A stretch of DNA of 64,000 nt. It comes from Octopus vulgaris. Lineage: Eukaryota. Under the pieces are notes generated by a model. The model did no database searches, was not told where the DNA came from, and saw only the letters and a list, made by a program, of their open reading frames with translations. How positions within the stretch are numbered: position 1 is the first letter of the stretch; every line of letters begins with the position of its first letter. Shown here piece after piece: positions 56,809-64,000 of this stretch. Location of the stretch: positions 202,616,001 through 202,680,000 of the forward strand of contig OX597815.1 in assembly GCA_951406725.2 (NCBI GenBank). The letters run 5' to 3'. The position numbers and the translations under genes were made by a program.

Positions 56809-57268
56809 TGATGATAATAAAATAATAATAATAATAATAATAGTAATAATGATAACAGCAATAATAATAATAATAAAGAATAATAAAGAATAATAATAAT
56901 AATGAAAAAGAAGAAGAAAAAGAAGAAAAAGAAGAAAAAGAAAAGAAGAAGAAGAAGAAGAAGAAGAAGAAAAAGAAGAAGAAGAAGAAGAAGAAGAAGA
57001 AGAAGAAGAAGAAGAAGAAGAAGAAGAAGAAGAAGAAGAAGAAGAAGAAGAAGAAGAAGAAGAAGAAGAAGAAGAAGAAAAGAAGAAGAAGAAGAAGAAG
57101 AAGAAAAAAGAAGAAGAAGAAGAAGAAGAAGAAAAAAAAGGAGAAGAAGAAAAAAAAGAAGAAGAAGAAGAAAAAGAAGAAGAAGAAGAAGAAGAAGAAA
57201 AAGAAGAAGAAGAAAAGAAGAAGAAGAAAAAAGAAGAACAAGAAGAACAAGAAGAAGATGACGACGAC

Positions 57269-57316
<48 letters not shown>

Positions 57317-57326
57317 GAAGAAGAAG
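56746..57326. repeat. Compound trinucleotide array (TAA)n-(GAA)n-(GAT)n-(GAA)n
   Basis: Direct read. Confidence 0.95.
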
Positions 57327-58310
57327 ATTTTATATTCACCACTGGGGGTTTATATAAAATATTGGGAACGGTACAGGACAAGACAACACAAAAAGAATGA
57401 TATTTAAACGCGGAAAAAGGTAATAATAATAAGAATTATAATAAATAAATCCTCAATAGTGGGAGAATCCCGATGGCTGTTCTTGGAAACCCCACAAAAA
57501 TCAGGATTGCCCTGACTCCTAGGGCAAGAGCCCTCTCCGATTCATCTACCTTCGAATAAGAGGCGCATGCGTAGAGTAAGACCGTTCACTCGGGCCATTC
57601 GCGCTATATGCACACACCTTTTAAAACAAAATTGCTGGAAGGTAGCACTTCCCGCTCTACTCTCACTTTCCTGTTCAATTTGATGAGGGCTTAGCCAAAG
57701 AGGAAAGTGCTTGTCTTCAGCTCTTTCAGCCTGGTCCACCACAAAACCTCTTTCGCTAAAGCCACCAGACAAAGAAACACTGCTTGCTCTCCCCTACCAA
57801 AGGAAGGAGGTGTGCGATCTTCACGATAGACTCAGCTGATAGCCAGATCCGTCCAGCACACGACAGCAGGTGTTCGACGTAAACCCACAAGTCAGCAATG
57901 CTGCGGCGCGGGACGAGGGCATATAAAACAATTTCGCCCCTCTGTGCGTACCTCAGAGAAGCCATGTTAACGGTACTTCCATGCCTGTAGAGTTTCTTCC
58001 GGACCAGCAATGCCACTCCACCACACACACTCCTGTATAGCACTACTAGGCCAGGGATTTCTGGAAGTTATCCATGGTCCCTGGCTCGAAGGTTCTTCGG
58101 AATAAACCAGCTAACTCATTCTCATCGACGCCCAGTCTTCCCAAGAACGTCGTCGCACTTGCCCACAACCTACTTATAGATTGCCTGAGTGGAACTTCCA
58201 CCACCGCCTTTCCTCACTGACAGAGAACTGTGGGCGGTTGACGAGACTCTAGGTTTCAGATGCTTTGCCTCGGTTTCCGTTTGATCAAGTACTGCAGAGC
58301 AGACAAAGAG
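57327..58310 (-). pseudogene. 3' end of a Tx1/L1-group LINE (decayed C-terminal Cys/His region plus 3' UTR)
   Basis: ALLVRKKLYRHGS...VLYALV...IADLWVYVEHLL resembles the zf-RVT region; 3' end AATATAAAA runs into (TTC)n. Confidence 0.6.
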
Positions 58311-58311
58311 A

Positions 58312-58624
58312 CGTGTCCATTGGATACTTTGCAACAAGTATAGATTTGACAGAGCAAAGTATTGGTACGACCACAAACCTGAAGGCATCGTCGAAAATAG
58401 AAATGCAAAGATCCTATGGGATCTTATGATTCAATGCGACCATGAGATAGAGAATAGGAAGTCAGATATAGTTTAATTGAGAAAGAAAACAGACTATGCT
58501 GAATCATAGATATAGCATGCCCAGGTAACAACAAGGTATGCAATAAGGAAGAGAGAAAGTTGAGAGACATGGCAGGATAGCTTGGGAAGTTAAGCAGTTG
58601 TGATCGATGAAAATGTTAGCAGTA
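58312..58624 (+). pseudogene. R4/Dong RLE fragment, left half
   Basis: VHWILCNKYRFDRAKYWYDHKPEGIVENRNAKILWDLMIQCDHEIENRKSDIV..IIDIACP. Confidence 0.88.
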
Positions 58625-61000
58625 GTTAGTTAGTTAGTTAGTTAATTTGGCTCAAAAGCAAATAGCAAGGCCATGTAGAGGGACATGGAGTTAAGTACAG
58701 GGTGGTGTTCATGTAAAGAGTTCAGGCCACTTGAGGTCCAGGGAGGCTTTGAACAAAGCGGTCGTCGGCATCTTCACCATCTCGTCAGGCAGCTTGTTCC
58801 ACGGATCCGCAACCCGGACGGAGAAAGCTCCTCTTCTTCGATTGAGATGAAATCGTCGCAGGTAGAGCTTTTCGGAATGACCCCGCAGCCGACGTTCCGG
58901 AGCAGGAGTGAAGAACAGCTCTTTCGAGAGGTTACACTTCCCGCTTATGATGTTGTGGGCGAGAATGAGATCACCACGGCGGCGGCGTTTTTCAAGAGAA
59001 TAAAGGTCGAGCGTCCTCAGCCTTTCTTCGTAGGACAAATTTTTGAGACCATGAACCATGCGTGTAGCCAGCCTCTGGACTCTTTCGAGATGCTGTATGT
59101 CTTTGAGGAAATAAGGAGAAGAGGCTTGAATCCCATACTCCAATATGGGTCTCACCAGCGTGACATAGAGTGGTAGGAATATGGCTGCTGTGAGCATTCC
59201 GAATGACCGTCGAATCAAAAACAGAATTCCGCGCGCTTTGTTGGCAGCATGGACGCACTGGGCCGAAGGCGAAAAGGAGGAATCCACCAAGATACCCAGG
59301 TCCTTTACCTGATCGGTCCTCTCCAGCAGCAGACGACCCGGCTCGAAATCAAGTTGAGTTGCAGGAGTAGAGCCGACAGGCAGATGACAGCACTTTGACA
59401 CGTTCAGACACAGGTCCCAATCGTTAGACCACTTCCAAATTTGGTGGAGGCATCGACGAAGATCCTCTATACTACCGCGAGGAGCGACCAGTTTGATATC
59501 GTCGGCAAATAGAAGGGTGTGTTGCGTGAGGTCGTCGGGCAAGTCATTTATGAAGACTAAGAACAACAAGGGCCCAAGCACTGAACCTTGAGGCACGCCA
59601 CTGCTCGCACTGGAGACGTCGGACCGCGAACCATTAACTTGAACTTGGAAGGAGCGATCTGAGAGGAAGGCACCAACCCATCGTACAATATCCGGATGGA
59701 AACTATATGCTTGAAGCTTGACAAGTAGTAGGCGGTGGTTTACCGAGTCAAAAGCTTTGGCAAAGTCCAATAAAACGATGTCAACAGCATCACTATCATC
59801 GAGGATGCGCGTCACCAATTCTTCCATTACTAGTAAGTTGGTCAAGCATGATCTCTTCGGCACGAAGCCGTGTTGGGAATCAGTGATCGAGGCTGTGTTT
59901 AGGAGGTGGAGCATCATACTTTTCTTAAGGATGGTTTCGAACATCTTGCTGATTATTGAGTAAGGGAAACCGGTCGGTAGTTAAGCGGGTCTTCGCGGCT
60001 CCCTTTCTTGAAAATTGGGCAGATTATCGCTGTTCTCCAGTCTGCAGGTATAACACCCGTCGCCAATGACATATTGAATAGTCGTGTTAAGGGCTCGCAG
60101 ATGACCGGAGCCAACGCTTTGATAACCCGTGGGTGTATGCCGTCAGGGCCGTGACCCTTGTTGACATCGAGGCCTTGAATAACACGTTTGACTTCGTCCC
60201 GCGTGATGACCAATCGAAGCATTGGAGGTACCGATCTATCAAATGGAGGGGGTTCACGACCATCATCTTGTTTGATAATAGTTGAAAAAGCCTCGGCAAA
60301 TAATTGACTCTGTTGATAAGGGTCCTCAATCGATACGCCTGTTGAGTCTACCAACGTTGCAATCTGGTTGTTCAAGCGGGAATTCCGCTGGACATGGGCA
60401 AAGAAGGTTTTTGGATTGCTACTGGCATTTGCCGCGATTTTGTATTCATAACTGAAGCGTTCTTTCTTTTCAATTTTCACGGCTCGGTCTCGTTGAGTTT
60501 TGTACACCTCAAAAGCTGCAGTCGAATCCAGATTTTTGAATTCAGCCCAAGCAATATATCTGAGTCGACGTTCTCGTTTAACCTTCTTCGTCACCCAGGG
60601 CTTGTGTTTCTTCCTCTTGGGAAGCCCAACGGGAACTGCCTGGTCAGTCAAACAGATTACATATGCTTTGAGGGATGACCATAGTTCGTCAACTGAGGAC
60701 AACGTCATCAGGGATCGCCAGTCCAGAAGCGCGGAAGCCTCGCTTAGAATTTCAAGATTAATTGCAGAGAAGACTCTACGTGGCAGCGAAGTAATCGTGG
60801 GCATAGAAAAAGTTGTGTGCATGACGAACTTCAGGACCGCATGATCACTCTTGGCAAGAGGGGCGCACACAGATACGTCTGACACTGATCTTGGATAGCG
60901 GGAGAATACCAGATCTAGCATAGATGGCTGCTGCCCAGACCGATGCCTTGTCGGATATTCAACATGTTGCGATAGAAAACAATCTTCAGCCACGTCAAGA
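58625..61000 (-). mobile_element. 5'-truncated CR1-clade LINE, near-intact ORF2 (APE C-terminus plus RT), single frameshift
   Basis: PTR..LDLVF..SDH, KGHGPDGI, NYRPVSLT, QHGF..RSCLTNLL, DFAKAFDSV, GVPQGSVLGPLLF, LFADD, KDLGI, RRRGDLI, RLRGH; 1 nt missing at ~59958; short 3' UTR and (CTAA)n tail at 58625-58645. Confidence 0.95.
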
Positions 61001-61227
61001 AGTACCAATGTTTGTCGGAGCCCTGGAAACAGTGAGCAAATGTCTCGAGAAGTACGTGGAACAAATAGGGGCTGCAATAATGGTGGAGCACTTGCAGAAA
61101 ACAGCGCTGCTTGGAACCGCTCGAATACTCGGAAGGTGCACGAAAAGTAAGGGGTGTTACATTATTTCACTGGTAGTGAACAGCTGACACTGTAGTACAT
61201 CTCCAGCGTTAGAAGCTGTGCATCGTC
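61001..61227 (+). pseudogene. R4/Dong RLE fragment, right half plus 3' UTR, then (TAA)n
   Basis: VPMFVGALETVSKCLEKYVEQIGAAIMVEHLQKTALLGTARILG continues 58312-58624. Confidence 0.88.
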
Positions 61228-61324
<97 letters not shown>

Positions 61325-61325
61325 T

Positions 61326-62009
61326 GAGCAAATATTCTGCTCAATACCACAGATTTGCTTGTCAGTTGTTTGACCTTAACCAGTTGATCATGTCCCTTAG
61401 TGGCTGACGATATGTGGATCTCTGATCACGAGCAGAAGTAGTGGGGGAGCATCAATGCCCTGATGCAGTACCAGGCAGTGGCTCTCATGGCTTCTGATCT
61501 TAACTGATTGGAAGTGTTATCATGTACATTGTTTTGTCTTGGTATAAAAGATGGGCTACAGCAAATATTCTGCTCAATACCACAGATTTGCTTGTCAGTT
61601 GTTTGACCTTAACCAGTTGAGCATGTCCCTTAGTGGCTGACGATATGTGCATCTCTGATCATGAGCAGAAGTAGTGGGGGAGCATCATAGCCATGTGTTG
61701 AGAGGGATTCTTTGGGGTTTGAATAATTCACCTCTGGAAACATGGGTGGTTCTTTCAACATCCTTAAACAACCCTTATTCAGGGACCGTTTGAGCGGGAT
61801 GGGCTACTCAACCTGAAGAAAATTCTAACTGGGCCCCACCTGCAAGGTCATGTGCTGTTTATCTTGATATGAGATCACCATGTCGCGCACATATGGTTGT
61901 GATGCATGTGCCTGGTGTACCTTTATCAGACGGGTAGTCATGATGGGTATATTGGGCTTCGTATATTTTACCCCAGTGTCACTTTGATGGAATGAACTGC
62001 TCTCTCACT
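61326..62009. mobile_element. Non-coding (TAA)n-flanked element with internal ~125 bp direct duplication
   Basis: 61327-61453 repeats 61560-61686; (TAA)n on both sides. Confidence 0.6.
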
Positions 62010-62023
62010 CAATAATAATAATG

Positions 62024-62081
<58 letters not shown>

Positions 62082-62099
62082 TGATAATAATAACAATAA

Positions 62100-64000
62100 A
62101 AGGAAGCGGGTAGAACCTCCCCATGTCCTGATTAATGATACATCTAGTGATGGTGTCACAATACAAACACTGGTCATTACGCAACCTGATAATCCCTACC
62201 TCATATGAGCGACAATGAAAAATCAGAATATTGTGAATAACGGTGGTAATGAAACTGAAGCCTTTGATGGTGACAATGTTGCACCCGGCAGGCTCAGAGA
62301 TTCTGGTCCGGCTCCAGCCTATCGATATCCAGAAAGGGACCACTACACACGGTGTAGATGGAGAAAGCGAATTAAGGATGAGGTCATGGAGTGTTACTAC
62401 CCGAGCAACACTGTAGATGAAAATGGTGCTCAAATTAGGGATTACCGACAACATATGTATGATCATTGCTGAGAAAAGGGATTGTTTCAACTCACGGAAC
62501 AGGGATTATGTGATCAAGCTAGAGTAATAAGAAAAAAACTGTTGGTTCACAGCAGTAGAACTCGAAGCTATCAAAAGACGGGTCATGGACAATAGCAGCA
62601 TAGATAAGAATGAAAATACAGCTCTTACTAATAAATGTAATCTCATAGCACAGGAAAGGAGCAGTGGTAGCTTATTTGATGAGAGACCGATAGATGATCT
62701 GAAAGAAGACAATAAAACTAATGGTGACATGACAGATGAACAAAAAGCAATCTACGACGAATAAAGGTAGGACTACAGGAGAACGATAGCGACATTATTT
62801 GCAACATTTAAAAGGTTAATCGGTGGAAAGTGAACCAAGAAGCGAAAAATGTCAATGAAATTCTGAAATACATCAAAGAAACAAATAATTTGATCAAGTC
62901 AGCATGTATTGTTTTAGCAGAAGACGTGGGTGTTGATGTCAATAAAAAGAACTATAATGGGAGTGACAAAAGAAAAGATCCATGGTGGAAAGTAAAATAC
63001 AGGCGGGGTTAGATATACTCTCGAAGGATATTTCTGTGTTAGACAGAAATGGGAAAGCGGAGCTTAAAAGCGAACAAAAATAAAGGTTACTGAAAAGTAA
63101 ATACAATATTGAAAGAAAGAGCCTGAATGTGGTAATAGAGGAGCTGAAACAGCGCCTCGTTGCAGAGAAAGCAAAGATGGCAAGATAATGAAGGGTTGCC
63201 AGCAGAATAGGTTATTCAGAGTAGATCAGAAGAAATTATATAAAGAAATAAATGGCGAGTGAACAGATAAAAAGTTGATACCAGATAACATTGAAAGTCA
63301 AATGTTTTGGACTGACATCTGGAGCAAAGACAAGGAGAACAAGAATGATGCTGAATGGTTGCAATATCTGAAAATAACAGTAATCTGTCCAAAGCAGGCA
63401 GAAGTAGTCATTTCAGTTAGGGAAGTGAAGGGAATCAGAACAAATATGAGCAACTGGAAGGCCCCGGGACCAGATGGAGTTCAAGGCTAGTAAATCAAAA
63501 GTTTTGGTGAATATCATGCACGAATAGCTGCGCATCTCAACACCTTGTTAAATACCGATCAAATAACACTAGAGTGGATGACGTTGAGTAGGACAGCGCT
63601 GTTATTGAAGAAAACATCGTAAAAGACAATACGGTAGACAATTACAGGCCGATATCCTTATGTGAAAATTATTGTCTGGAATACTCGCAGAGTTAATGTA
63701 CGAATATCTGGAAAAAATGGAGTCTTGCCACATGAGCAGAAGGGTTGCAAGCGTAAGTCCAGAGGTACCAAGGATCAACTCCTGTTAGACAAAACTGTGC
63801 TCAGAAACTGCAAGAGGAGGAGAAGTAACTTAGCCATGTCATGGATCGACTATCGGAAGGTATACGATATGATCCCACATTCTTGGATTATGGAATGCAT
63901 GAACCTATTTGGTATTGCATCGAATGTTGAGCGACTGCTTGGAAAAAGTATGGTGAATTGGAGGACAAACGTGACAGCATACGGAAGAAGGTTAGGGACA
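62100..64000 (+). pseudogene. Decayed R4/Dong LINE, 5' portion running into RT (cut by window edge)
   Basis: [69 protein letters not shown]; starts right after (TAA)n. Confidence 0.88.

Noticed and set aside
58685-60844. Plus-strand ORFs overlapping the CR1
   Set aside because: Shadow ORFs of a GC-rich coding strand
61001-61077. N-terminal ~25 aa of the 374 aa ORF
   Set aside because: Antisense read-through of the flanking Dong fragment, not part of CR1 ORF2

Overview
AT-rich, repeat-saturated animal genomic DNA; the SINE families and microsatellite load suggest a coleoid cephalopod such as Octopus (inference). I cannot support any host protein-coding exon: almost all tracked ORFs are microsatellite read-through. 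The window holds about 25 tRNA-derived SINE copies from several modular families, decayed LINEs (CR1/L2, RTE, R4/Dong, Tx1), one near-intact 5'-truncated CR1 nested in a Dong 3' end, a long foldback/MITE-like element and many microsatellites. The most interesting signal is a set of hammerhead-ribozyme folds in small, often (TA)n-embedded elements. Three are minimal type I folds with non-canonical cores (CCGACGA, UUGAAAA, UCGAUAA), one is a type III fold, and several are half-motifs. A SINE is also flanked by an exceptionally long (139 bp) direct duplication.
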